From positions 62,001 through 126,000 of the forward strand of contig CATNEN010000015.1 in assembly GCA_950097015.1 (NCBI GenBank): a stretch of DNA of 64,000 nt, given 5' to 3'. The translations under genes were made by a program, and so were the position numbers. The notes below the pieces were generated by a model. That model worked only from the letters and a program-made list of their open reading frames with translations, searched no databases and was not told where the DNA came from. Of the stretch, positions 47,487-60,500 are shown in pieces. Each line of letters opens with the position of its first letter. The first letter of the stretch is position 1. This stretch comes from Macrostomum hystrix. Taxonomy: Eukaryota > Animalia > Platyhelminthes.

Positions 47487-47704
47487 ACATGGAATGCGTC
47501 TTCAGCCGTGCCTGGGACATGGAATGCATCCTCAGCCGTGCCTAGGACATGGAATGCGTCCTCAGCCGTGCCTAGGACATGGAATGCGTCCTCAGCCGTG
47601 CCTAGGACATGGAATGCGTCCTCAGCCGTGCCTAGGACATGGAATGCGTCCTCAGCCGTGCCTAGGACATGGAATGCGTCCTCAGCCGTGCCTAGGACAT
47701 GGAA
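47487..47704. repeat. 30-bp minisatellite (GGACATGGAATGCGTCCTCAGCCGTGCCTA), ~7 copies
   Basis: Direct. Confidence 0.95.
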
Positions 47705-48514
47705 AATAAATCTGACCGGGTATTATCTTATACTTCATGACTAATTAATCTTATAGAATTTGGTTTATTGTAACTTTGTATTTAACCGGCTGGGCGGAAA
47801 GAACGAGGCAGGACAGGAACACAAAAACATCCGATTACTCGACTAAATCGACAATATTTAAATAGATATTTTAAACATAATCTATTTAGCTAGCAACTAT
47901 GTAAAGAGTGAAAGCGTAAGGAAAAAAGGCTGCGACATCACTAAGCGGAGATTAAAAACAACAGGTAGGACTGAGGCAAACATCAGCAGAAAAATGAGCA
48001 AACGGACACCCAGCCACGGGGCTGAGCACAAGGCTAAATAACCAAGGCCGACACAGCCACCCCACGCACGCCAACCCCCACCGCGCTCCAAACGGACAGA
48101 CCGGCGAACGCACCCAGCACACCCCACCGACTGAACGGCGGTAAGGAGTACAGAAAATTTCCGAACTGTCTATAAATGACTATAAAAATATACGCCACTT
48201 CAACAATGAACCATTGAATCAATCACGCGATTTAATTAATAATCAACCACCGAATTTTGTATCTGTAACCCATGAAACTTCTTACACAGGCGCCATGGCC
48301 AGCTTCTTTGGTTGAGTAGAAGTACCCGAACTTGAAAATCAATATAATACGCTAGGTCCATGGAAGCATCAGTTTTTAACAACTGTGCAGCGACTCTGAC
48401 AAAACAACTTCAAAGTTTACAAAGTTGTTTCTTTAAATCGGGTTACGTTTTTAGAGTTTGGAGGTTATTCGATTATGAAAAAGTTTTTATTTGTCAATTT
48501 TCGAATATCGATCT

Positions 48515-48561
48515 CAGGGACTACTAAATACTCTATATTTAGGAGTATTTAGTAGTCCCTG
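48515..48561. mobile_element. 47-bp TIR-only element: perfect 19-bp inverted repeats, 9-bp spacer, 9-bp target-site duplication
   Basis: TATCGATCT|CAGGGACTACTAAATACTC-TATATTTAG-GAGTATTTAGTAGTCCCTG|TATCGATCT. Confidence 0.75.
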
Positions 48562-50226
48562 TATCGATCTGATACCTTCATGATTTTATTTACGTTTCTT
48601 GATTTCTCGCGCTCCCTTTCTCGCGACGTTTCTATCTCGCCAGCCAGGTGTTATACGTGTATCACCGCTATCGATTATTCCTATTTGCCTGAAAACGTTA
48701 TTTCGCATGTGCTGTCCTCTAAGCACTCCGCCTACTTCCTAAGTCTGACAGTACTTCGGTTCTTCAAACATAGCCGACCTGGCTACAGTGGTCTTTGCCG
48801 CCGCGTGCCTGTAGTGTTGAACAGCTACTTCTTCGTCACAATGTTATCACAGTCGTCATCAAATATGCCTGCACTTTTGAACTAAATTCTAAAGTAAATT
48901 TTATAAACATTTTGTAGCTTCCAGAGCCATTATAACTTACGCTTGACAATTTGACTTCGATAAAGCTATCGTTCACCTTACTCACTGCGATCCGTCTACG
49001 AAAACAAGCTTCTGCTGTGACACTGAAACTGCAGCGCTACAGTAAGTAGCGACCATGACCTTTTCCATTGTTCCATTGTTCTAAACATCAATAAAATCCT
49101 GAGTGGGCAAGCCTAAAGGTGCAATTTCCTCTTGGTGTTCCGCTTCAATGCGAACATCAGCTTGACCTTTCGTGAGGCGAATCGACAATTGCGCTCATTA
49201 GACTGCGAGGCAATTAAAATGAATCCAATCAAATGCTAGTTCTAAGTTCAGTCTATCCTTGCCTCTCATTAGTTGCTTTTCTTTGGTTGCATGCTCTTTC
49301 GGGGTGTTTGGTACTTCACAGCGCTGCGATGTGTCATATCTTTAATTGCATTTCGATTTTCTGATGCAACTATTCGATTTCGAAGGACACCGATAGCGCA
49401 GCTGCTTATTGACATGAAACTCTAGGCTGCACCATGCAAACACCATTCATTCTTCAGTCATTCGTGCGTTTCCTTTAAGCCCTCGTCGAGTTTATGGATT
49501 GCTTTCAGGCACCTTGGTTCGCTAAGCATGGTATGCTCTTTAGTATTGAACATTGTTCCAAACGACAAATACTCACAATTGATCACATGACCCTTTTGAA
49601 ATGTACCTGTACGGAGCAATGGCCTGCTGTTTGCACCTTGTACCGCCTGAAACCTATTTTCCTTATAGGTTACTGCCAGCTGCAGCCTTGAACACCTCGC
49701 ATTAGTTTCTCGCACCTTCTCGGTTGCCTTCATCGAACATTTAACGTTTCAAGAGATCTCGGCTCTCAGGTACAGTTAGAAAAGCCCCACTATTTCCTCC
49801 AATCTGAGCTGCAAATAAAGAGAAAGTCGAAGAGTCGAATGTCAGAAAACATTGTCCCACTTTGCTATGGTATCTGAATCATTCTTATTTAGGCAGTGTG
49901 AACTTTTTATTCGATTATATTTTGCGAGCTCAGAAAATGAGTCCTTGTTAGCAAGCGTGCGGTTTCTAGACAAAATAAAATTTTGCAGAAATTGTTATGA
50001 TAGATCTACAATTTTGAACTGAAATCAAAACGTGACAGAGCCAAAGATAGGTTACACCCACCCAACTGTGTAACCCGGAGAAATACTTGAAAAAAAACTG
50101 TTTTATTTAGCCCAATCGATTAGTCGATAGGATCTTAATAAAGCTGTCCTATTCAGGCAGGCTCAGAAAAATTCACTTGGGACTCAGTCACACCGCATTC
50201 GATCAGTTTGTATAATTTTCTGCTCT

Positions 50227-53200
50227 TTAGTATCCAGGTAGGTCGAGCGGGCTTCTCTGAAGCTTCAGTACCCATAGAAGCTCAGCAAAAAGTATGATAG
50301 CGCCGCACAGGTAGAGGCCGAGGCTGATGATGTAGGCTCCGCCAACGCCCTCCAGCGTGATGGCCGCCGCCTCCGCGGCTGCGGAACTGCCACCGCAATC
50401 GTTTGTCTGCGGAATGAACTTGCGCGTCACCATGTCCACGATGCCGCTCTCCTTACCGCGCTCCAGGCTGGGAAGAAAATGAGCCAGGTGAGCTGTCATA
50501 AGTTTCTTTTGCATACGATGGCTTCACTTACGAATTGATTTACTTGACTCTAAAAGTTTTGACCACAATGGCCGATTTAAAGGCCATTGTTTTGCAAGTT
50601 TGCAAGATCAGCAAGTAGAACTTTCAGAAGAGCAGAAAAGGCAACGAACTTTTGTACACTACTCAAAAAGGCTGGGTGGCGTCTCACAGGAAGTTGAACG
50701 CTGGTAGATAGTACGCGTCCTTTGGAAAGGTCATCGCCAGGTAGTAGAAATTGAAGAATTTGTTGGCCTGGTACACCTGACTGCAGAAAGCGCTGGCATA
50801 GTACGAGTTGCTGCTCTGGTCAGAGATGCAGACCAGATACGGGTCTGCGTCCGGCTTCAGCAGCTGTGGGGAGTCAAGCGCTGCGGTGTGTGAAATCTCA
50901 GGTAAAAATTTGAATTCGGTGCTCTATTTTGGTCTGCCAATGAATGGCTGAAGTGAAAGTCCCGTTTTAAACTCACAGTTTCAGCACAGGTGGTCATTGT
51001 GTCAACAAGCACCATCTGCCGTCGCAGCATCGCCATTGGGCCATCAGTTGCCAGTTTAATTGACGCATAGATATTAGTGCCCTCGGCGACCATGGCCTTG
51101 TAGTGGGGCAAGGCCACCAGGTCCTCCACACTCTCGATCGGGTACTTGGCAACTGTGACAGCCAGTTTTGCTGTGAGGTCGCCTTGGTGATTTACATTTA
51201 AAACAACTTTTGTTTTTAATACCAAAATCAAAAGTGCTGCCATGGTGCGAACTGCCTTCTGTGCTAATCTTTTGTTTACTTATGTCGCGACTTTCGTCTC
51301 TGCCTTCTGTCCTCTATTCACTCTTTCGTTCTCTGCACTTTTCTTGTTTACATCGTCCAGTTCAATCTAGTTCTTTCTCTCTCGTTATCTCTGCGGCTGA
51401 TCTCTCATTCTCTATCCTTTCTTTCTTTCCTCCTCTCTGATTGGTCCGCCGCTCACGTTCTAGCCTCCTCTCCTACCCTCAGTCGCGCACTCTTGTTATC
51501 GTACCGCCAACCCCCCTTCCTTATCGCTCTGTTAAACTTAAATATATTTGACTCTCGGCCTGAATTGGCTCACAGCCGTATGAACGGGCTCTTACTGCGA
51601 GGACTCAATTTGTTGCATAAGAATTCAAGACAACTTAATATACAATGCTCAGTCTGAAAAAAAGAGAACGAACACCATATATACTGGAATTGATCAGATC
51701 CCGGACTCGACTTCGCTGTCATTTAATTACAGATCTGGCATTGTGAGATTCTCGCTCACAAAGACGGACATCATCGCGCTGAGAATACGCAGGTGAGACG
51801 CATTCTGCTCACCTAGAAATCCGAGCAATAAGGGCTTACCAGTATAGGCTCCGAAGATGACTACAGTGAGCATCCACCAGAAGGCCATGACAGTGCGTGG
51901 GCTCATGGCAAACGGGTAGAAGTCCTGGCCCTGCTGCAGGAAGCTGCCAACTGCGGACCAGATGTACTCCTTCAGCCAGACCTCATCAGCGAAAGCGTAA
52001 GGCAGGCCCAGATTCCAAGCGGAGAACGGACTCAGCCAAGCAAAGGCAAAGATTATCACAGGAACAAGCAAGAACATGCAGAGAATGAGCAGCCAGGAGT
52101 CCCAGGACAGGGGCGTGAACACATTCCACAGCTTGGACTCAGCAGGCGGCAGTTTTACGAGGATGGTGTTGGACGAGAACTGATACTCATTGGCGTAATC
52201 GATCACTTTGTACCGGATGTTCGTGACGGCGAAAATCATGGCGAAATCTGCTTCCTGCAGACAAGAAAGTAGCCATGCTTTCCTTGAATTAGGCCTGAAT
52301 ATATGAATACTAGCTACGGTAAGCTGCCTAATAAGGTTAGCATCTATTGGTGTGCCCATTCAATAGATGCCTGGCTTTTTACATATAAAAACGTGTTTAA
52401 AGGGAGCATCAATGCAGTTTTTTGCAGAAATGGATTCACAAGCCTCACCCCCTTCTGCAGCATGCCGATGCAGCCAGTGAAGTAGGGCGAGCCCTCCACT
52501 GGTGCTCCAAACTGAACGTCCGGTGGTGAGAAAAGGTCGTAACTGCGGAATAGAGTTTTGAGATCAGCATGGCACTGACATTTAAATCTCTCTTTTGCTA
52601 GTCCAATTTATTTTTATTCTGAACGAGGCTACCTTTAACAATCTATGCACATTATTTTACATGATAGTCTTGCATTATTGTTTTGTTATTCTCTTATCCG
52701 GCCTTTGACATTTGACGTGATCCGACAGTCACATCATCCCTAAAATATCCCTAATCTCATTTTTTACAACTAATCTCGTATTATCGCCATGATTTTATGG
52801 TAGCCAGACAATGCGCACCCGGCTATTGGCGCATTCAAAACCCCTCAACCTCCGTCTAGTTGAGGTGGGGTTGGTGCAACCAGCTGTTACGTCACCTCTT
52901 CCCACCTCCCTAGGCCCCTCTATCCTGCGCTGTTTGCAAATATAACAATACGTACACTGCAGATACAATGTTCTCTACCACTCTAACAGGTAAACGAAAG
53001 GGTCATTATTATCAGAAGCAACAGCAATAGTGCTTACCTGAAGTCCAGGTGCTTGGTAAAGAAATTAAGCATGTCAACAGAGTGTCCAGATGGCTTGCCA
53101 AATGTGTAGTTCGCGTAAGTAGTGTAGGGCGGGAACTAATAACGGTTCGCAGGTCGGTTGTTAAGTTAGAATTTGCTATTGCTCCGGCTTATTCAATGTG

Positions 53201-55301
53201 TTGTGTGGAGCTTCTAAAATATGTGCCCTGAAAAGTCCGGTCCTGGGCGCATCGCTTCTATTTCCCTACCAAAAGCAGTCACAAAAGTCACACAAGTGAA
53301 CATCAGCGCTCACAGGCGGTGCGCAGACCCGCAGTCGAGCGCCCTTGAAATCCAGGAAAGTGTTCGGAAAGAGCAGCGGACGCTCCTTGTACGCGAAGAT
53401 CACCGAAAGGCTGCTGTTAATGACGTTGAATTTACTGCTGGGAACGAAATGAGCATTTGAGTTCAGACCATTGTTAAGGAGGCCCAGTGTCTCCAAGAAG
53501 TCGCTGCTTGACGGCTGGATGGAAGTATTTGTTGACCTGGGCCACAGCTAAATTTTTAAGCGCTTCTTTATAAGTATAAAATTAAACGAGTGCGATTCGT
53601 AATAAAGTATTTTTCACAAAACTTATTTCTTTTACGCTTGTCTTGACACTTTAGAGCATATTTAAAAAAATAAGTAAGGGCAGCTAATTATTATATATAT
53701 ACAGAATTTAGCAAAGGAAATTTCGTAAATCACACCTGGTTAAGTTGACGAGCAAGGGCAGATCCAGCAGGCCAGGGCTGCAGTGGCTCGCAAGACGCGT
53801 TGCTCGCAGGAAGAGAGGAGCTGCTCATCAGGGTCTGCATGGCGCGGGCGAACGACAGCACAGCCTCCACCACCTTCAGCTCCAGCATCTGTGGGTATAA
53901 CAACTGACTGTGAGACTCAGGCTGATGACAGTTCTCAGTGTCGCTCTGATCTTCAGAAGACTGCGATGTCAATCACCACTCACCGTGTGCTGGCTCAGCT
54001 GGCAGTCGGGAGAGATGACGCCGAGCTCTCCGGTACAGTCCATGCCACCGAGCTCGCCTGCCGACTGCCTCAACAACAAGATGTTCGCGGACTCGTTCGT
54101 TGGGATAAGATCCTCGATGTCTTTCGGCGCGATGCCCGTGTCGACAACAGTCCAGAAGTAGTTGATCTGCAGAGTCCGAGTCATCAGTGCCTGCAGTGAC
54201 AACAGGAGCGCTGAATGTGTTCAAAGGCCTCATAAACACATCTGACGACTGCTCGATTGCTCACCTGCTCGAAGATGCGTGGAATCGAGTCGGGCTCGCA
54301 GATGACCACAGAGTGTCGGATGCGCGCCTTGACGCTGTTCTGCAGAATGTGAGTCAAGTTACTGGCCGAGTCGTCGATCTGGAACATGACACTGGCGATT
54401 CTCTTCTCTGAGAGCAGCTGCTGGAGCTCTTCGAGCAGGCGGTGATCTGCGGAGAGACGATCGAGTTGCTGAATGAGTAGGCGGCGATTTGTGGACCTTG
54501 AGCATTCGGACGTGAAGCGTTCTCACCTTGATGTCTGTCATGGAAGACTGCGACCAGAGTCGAGGAGACATGGTCGAGCGCTGCCGTCACCGCTCCGAGG
54601 AAGCTTCTCGCGGGAGGAGTCGAGACGACAGCCGTATCTGGAAGGTGTGCTCAACTCGTCACTTCTTGTCTTCTCCCATGCGAATGAAGAGAGACTCACC
54701 AGGAGTGCTGCTCAGCAGGCAGAGGCCTCTGATGACCGCGACAGCCGGTATGTTGAGGGAGCTGGAGACCTTGAGCACATCCGACACGAACTGGCACGAG
54801 CCCACCACAACAATGCCGCTGAGTCCAGGCGATCTGCAGACTGTTAAGGAAAAGTAAAAAAGTTTTTTTTCTACCTAGAGAATCCTGGCTTCAATGCTTG
54901 TTTTAGCGCGTCAGTGTCGATCGTGCCTAAAGCAAAAGCAATAGCAATATATATTATCTTCTGTACGATACGATACTGTAAGATTTTAGTCGTACTAATT
55001 CTTTTCTAGTCTATTTAGGACCTCGTAATTCATCCTTGGAGGTAGGCAGTCATTAGAATTTAAACAGCTACGTACTTTTGTGCACTGCATCTACTTTGTC
55101 AGTGGTCCGCAGTAGCTCTAGCTTCATGAAAGTCGGCTTGAACGCTGGAAACTTCCAGTAGCTGTTAACCAAATGGCTCACGGTCCTGTCTATGGCCGCG
55201 CTGTCTTTTAGGCTGCCGACTTCACCAACAACTGCCAGACGCACTGAGTAGCTGCATGTGACTAGCAAAAGCAGCGAAAGCAAAAGCGGCAGAAGCTGCA
55301 T
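50227..55301 (-). CDS. Ionotropic receptor / iGluR-like ion channel 2, 13 exons, ~827 aa
   Basis: Exons (minus): 55301-55076, 54840-54700, 54637-54527, 54446-54265, 54190-53984, 53888-53736, 53547-53314, 53135-53038, 52542-52449, 52254-51840, 51182-50977, 50863-50688, 50467-50227. Phases and motifs match receptor 1, and the frame is continuous. Confidence 0.9.
51575..51623 (+). ncRNA. Degenerate flatworm spliced-leader (SL) RNA-like sequence, probably a non-functional copy, antisense within receptor 2 intron 10
   Basis: GCCGTATGAACGGGCTCTTACTGCGAGGACTCAATTTGTTGCAT-AAGAA. It matches about 37 of 44 nt of the Macrostomum lignano SL as I recall it (CCGTAAAGACGGTCTCTTACTGCGAAGACTCAATTTATTGCATG). 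The ATG|GT junction is absent. The reference is from memory and needs checking. Confidence 0.5.
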
Positions 55302-56629
55302 GCTTTGCTTTATTTTTCTCTGACGTCAATGCAACTGAGACCAGGTGTTTTCCTAATTGGTGAGTCTACTGCTGCATGTAGGAAGCCGATGTGCTTTTAT
55401 ATCCTGAGCTCAGTCGCGGATTTTTAATGTGAAGTCTTTATCGGCATTTTCCTTAGAATGATAGGACACCTGATTAGGTGCAAGTCGATCCATCATCGAT
55501 TCCACTGCTTACTTGATGCCGCTTGCAGGTGCGAATAAACATTGTCGGATTGCTTCTGATTGATTAAATGCTTAAATATCGGCGAACTAATTGGGACTTT
55601 GATTCAGTAGTCTCCTTGATATTTACTTCACGTGACCTAGCTATATACACATATGATTTCTCTGCCCTTGTTTGCATTGTGGCTGATCTCATGATCAAAG
55701 TAACTGACCTCGGCGCGATTCTCCGTCGTTACTTCTGATTGTTATGTTGCTGCTACACGGCGCCGTTGATTACCTGAGCTGAAATCGCGGCCTTGACTGG
55801 CGCGACAACAACATAACAGTAGAGAGACCACGCGGGGTTTTTCAAATATTTGAGAGTATATTGTTTATTAATAATATACTATATAATATATAATATATAA
55901 TATATATAATATATAATATACTATATAATATACTTATAATTATTATTAATAGTATATTATTGCAATTTCGTAATATGATGAATGAAAACTAGACAAAAAA
56001 TTCTAAAATATGCTCACACAACCCCCTACACCCCTAATAAAAAATGAAGAATAGAGAAAGCAAAATAAAAAAGGTAAATACTCAAAATTACAAGGAATCA
56101 GCCTCTCAAAGTAAGAGCTAAAAAAGAATAATAAAAATTGTTTTATTTTCCATTTAAAATTGTGCCGCTGCGAATGTTTTCACAAAAACATCGCTGCGAT
56201 GCGAAAACCTACCGCGCTGCAGACCGACACGGGGACATCGCCTTCCTGCTGCGTTCCTCGTGGACCGCCCTGCAGCTAAGGACCGACACGGAACCCTTGG
56301 GCCCAAGCTGGCGCGTGGTCCCTCGCCAAACAGCGATGTGCGTAGGTAATTGGACCCTAAGCCGGCGGAGACAACGATCGCAGAGCCAGTGATGGTGGTG
56401 GCGGTGGTGCTCGCCTTTAGGGCGGCGGCGGCGGTGGTGGAGGACGTGCGGACGCGCGTGGCTTCAGGTCAGCAATTTCATAGTGCAAGCGGTGCGGGCC
56501 AGATCGATTGTGTCGCCTGTGGCCGTCGACGCGGTGTGAACGCGACCGCATCACTTAGTGTCCGCTGGAAGTCCGAAAATGAACTCCTTCATGCTCGTTG
56601 ACCTCTCGTTCGGTCCCAACGAATCACTT

Positions 56630-56847
56630 CGTACCGCGATGGGGTTGCGATGGCAACGCGATGGGTTTGCGATGGCACCGCGATGGGGTTGCGATGGCAC
56701 CGCGATGGGGTTGCGATTGCACCGCGATGGGGTTGCGATGGCACCGCGATGGGGTTGCGATTGCACCGCGATGGGGTTGCGATGGCACCGCGATGGGGTT
56801 GCGATTGCACCGCGATGGGGTTGCGATGGCACCGCGATGGCACCGCG
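56630..56847. repeat. 22-bp GC-rich minisatellite (GGCACCGCGATGGGGTTGCGAT)
   Basis: About 10 units. Confidence 0.92.
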
Positions 56848-57577
56848 CGTTCAACGTTTAAATTACCAAAATTCTGAAAAAATCCAACCTGTGTCTTCGA
56901 AATAAATGTGATTTCACTTTTTAAGGTGTGAAAAATTTTGATTAAAAAACCAAGCTGAGTAATGTACATATTCAGGTGGAAGGCCTTTTTGTTTACGAGT
57001 TGGAGTGGCAGCCAAGGTGTTGTGCTGCATTGCGCATATATTTATATTCGAACGAAGCATGGAATAATGAAGGGGTCTGGGTAGGCGCGAAAAGGTGCCG
57101 TGAGAAACGTGGCCAACGTCTCGCCCCGGCTTAGCGAGTCGGCTGGGCACGAACCACACCTAAACTAGACGTTGAGGGGTACAAAGGTGAAGCTTACATC
57201 CAGTGCAGATAGCATGGTTTTGGAACTTTTTAGACTTCTGTGTTTTTGCTTTACAAGCCAGCGCGAAGTAAATTAGCAAGGGAATTATTTTACATATTTC
57301 TGAAATTCTGTCGAGACTCAGAACTGGGGAGTTCTGGGCTCAAACACAACAAGTCCGTGGTTATGTCCGAACAGAAACTCTTAGAATCGAATGCGCAGCC
57401 TCTGCGATTTAGCAACTGTTCAAATAAACATCGTCTGCAACTTGAATTTGTTGGTGAAGAGTTGAGAAAAAGCATGGCGTCGTTGGTGCACTCAATGGAA
57501 AACAGTTGAAGTGCATAATTTGTCTCGAACTATTCTACTTTTCTGGATTATTCTGAGTCAGAAGTCTCACTAAGCCA

Positions 57578-60500
57578 TCAATATCCAGGAAAGTCTAACG
57601 GCTCTCTCTTAAATATGAACACCCACACCAGCTCGGCCACCAGAATGAGTGCACCGCATGCGTACAGCCCCAGGCTGATGATGTATGCGCCGCCGACGCC
57701 CTCCAGGGGAATCGCGGCTGCCTCAGAAGCTGCACTCAAAGCCGTGCCGCACTCGGAAGTCTGTGGAATGAACTTTGCCAAGATCATCCCCATGATGCCG
57801 TTGGCCTTGCTGCTCTGGATCCTGAGAGAAAAGCAGGATGGATGTCCGCTAGTAAGCTTGTTTATTGGCTTGAAGCTATATTGTTAAGTGTTAATTTATG
57901 ACTGATACAGTAAGACCGATACGAAAGCCTCGATGAAGAGACTCACAGAAAGTCAAAGGCAGGAAGGTAGTAGGCATCCTTAGGAAAAGTCATGGCCAGA
58001 TAGTACGGATTGAAGGAGTTTTCAGCGTTGTAGATACTGTGGCAGAACTGGCTAGCATAGAACAGGCTGACGCTGAGGTCCGCGATGCACACCAGGTACG
58101 GGTCCGAGATGGTCACCAGCTTAGAATAGTGAAATAGAAATATTCCATTTTAGACTGGGGTATGCGTTCACGAAGCAAACAAAAAAATTGAGGCAAATTC
58201 CTGGAATTAAGGCGACGAAATCTACGGTTTTAGAATGAAAGGCATTGTCATTATTTGAATAATTACAATATGATTTTAACAAAAATTTGCATATAAAGTG
58301 CCCACAGCAAAGGGGTATCAGTAGACGCACATTGGTGGCGCAGGTGTCAAAAGTGTCCACCACCATCCAATGATCGCGCAGCTTGAGCAGAGGACCGTCT
58401 GTAGCACTGAGCACAGCAGCGTAGATGTTTGTGCCCCTGGGTACCATGGCTTTGTAGTGCGGCTTTGCTATCAAATCCTCCAGACTCTGAATGGGATTCT
58501 TTGCCACAGTGACTGCCAGCTTTGCCGTGAGGTCGCCTAAAATTGCATGGCTGCTTGGCTGCTTTCAGTACTGAATGCTGAAACTTCAGCGCATTTATGA
58601 ACAGTTCAAGAGCTCAACAAAACTATGCACAGCCGACAAAATGTTGGAAGACAAACTGACTAACCTGTGTACGCAGCAAATATGATGACTGTCAGCATCC
58701 ACCAGACAACCATCACAGTTCGTGGACTCATGGCGAATGGATAAAAGTCCTGGCCCTGCTGCAAGAAGCTTCCGACAGCCGACCAGATGTACTCTTTCAG
58801 CCACACCTCGTCGGCAAATGCGAAGCCCAACTTGAGGTTCCAGCCCGAGAAGGGGCTGAGCCTGGCGAGGCAGAAGATGAGCAGCGGCACAGCGAGGAGC
58901 ATCGCCACAATGAACGCCCAGGAGTCCCAGGAGAGCGGGGCGAACACGTTCCACAGCTTGGACTCGGCTTTAGGCCTTTTCACGAGGATGGAGTTCGAAG
59001 AGAAGAAGAACTCCTCCGAGTAGTCGACCACCGGAGAGCGAATTGTCGTGATGGCGAATGGCGTGGAGATGTCGGCTTCCTGACAGTCAATGGTTCATAC
59101 ATGTCTTTGCACTTTTGCAGAAAAAATCGTTTTTAACAAAGTACTTCGAGAGAAAGAGAGAGAGAGAGAGTGAAAAACAGAAAAAACTTGCTCCTCTCTG
59201 CAGCATGCCGATGCAGCCTGTGAAGAATGGGGAGTCTGCTGACGGTGACCCGAACTGCTTGTCGGCGGGCGAAAAAATTATGTACCTAAATTTTTTAATG
59301 TGATTTCTTTAACGAATACTATTGCCAAATCACATTAAACAGAGACATCTTACGAGAAATTTAGATGAACCGAGAACAACTTGGCCAATTCAGCCGTGAT
59401 TCCAGAAGGAACGCCAAAGGAACCATTTGAATACTCTGTCTGAGGTTTAGACTGCAAAGGAATGGGTGCTCGCATGCAGGTACAGAAATATCAAACCTAA
59501 ATACAAATTGTGATAAGGAAAAAATTCAGCAAAGTTCATACGGTAACCGCAGGTATTTATGATTTCCACCGAAAAATGTTCCTTACAGCAACGGCGCAGA
59601 TCCGCAATGTTCTGTTCTTGAAGTCGATAAAAGTGTTGGGGAAGATGAGACTGCGCTCTCTGTAGCGGAAACTGACTTCGAGCGACGCGTTCTCTACGAA
59701 GAACCGGCCGCTGCTCACGAACCTCACCGGATCTGTGAACTCGTCGTGGAACGTGGCGCGCGTCTCCAGGAAGTAGTTGCTCGGCAGCCAGCTGTGACCT
59801 GAGGCCAGAGGCTGGCGTTGCTGCAATGTGGGAGCGGTTTTCGGCGGTGCAGGATTCTTCAGGATTGCAGCTTTGAACCTCCGAAGTGAAGCGAGCTCCT
59901 GACCTGCTTCAGCTGGGCAGCCAGCGAGGGTCCCGCCGACCATTTTTGCAGCGGTCGACACGAAGCGTTGCTTTCGGGCAGGGCGGAGCCGTCCATCAGG
60001 CTTTGCATCGCACTGGCGAATGACAGAACGGCCTCCACCACCTTCAGCTCGACCATCTGCAGATAATGCAGCGAGGCTTATGTCATCAATGCTGCAGAGG
60101 CAAGTCCTAAGAGACTTCCTCGTGAAATTTTCCCGTAAGAGCGAACTTACTGAACGTGAGCTGAATTTGCAGTCGGGGAAGACGGTCTTGAGCTCAGTGC
60201 TGCAGTCTTCTACTGCGCCTTTGAGCATGACCAGAGACTCTCGGATCACGAGGATGTTCGCAGATTCATTTGTCGGAATCAAATCTTGGATATGGCTAAG
60301 TCGGATTGCAGTGTCGATTACAATCCAGAAGTAGTTGATTTTTAGCGTATGCGTTTGTAAGGCCTGGATGAAGATGATTTTTAGTGCTTCTGTTTTTATG
60401 AAGTAGTTGAGTGGTATTCTCGAAATTCGTTATTTTGGTTTTTGGGTTTCGACGCACCATTTTTAAAACGGTTTCTACAGTTTCTGGTTCACAGATGATT

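Noticed and set aside
57115-57180. Second Helitron-like end (GC-rich stem then CTAG)
   Set aside because: The stem is imperfect and CTAG is followed by A rather than T.
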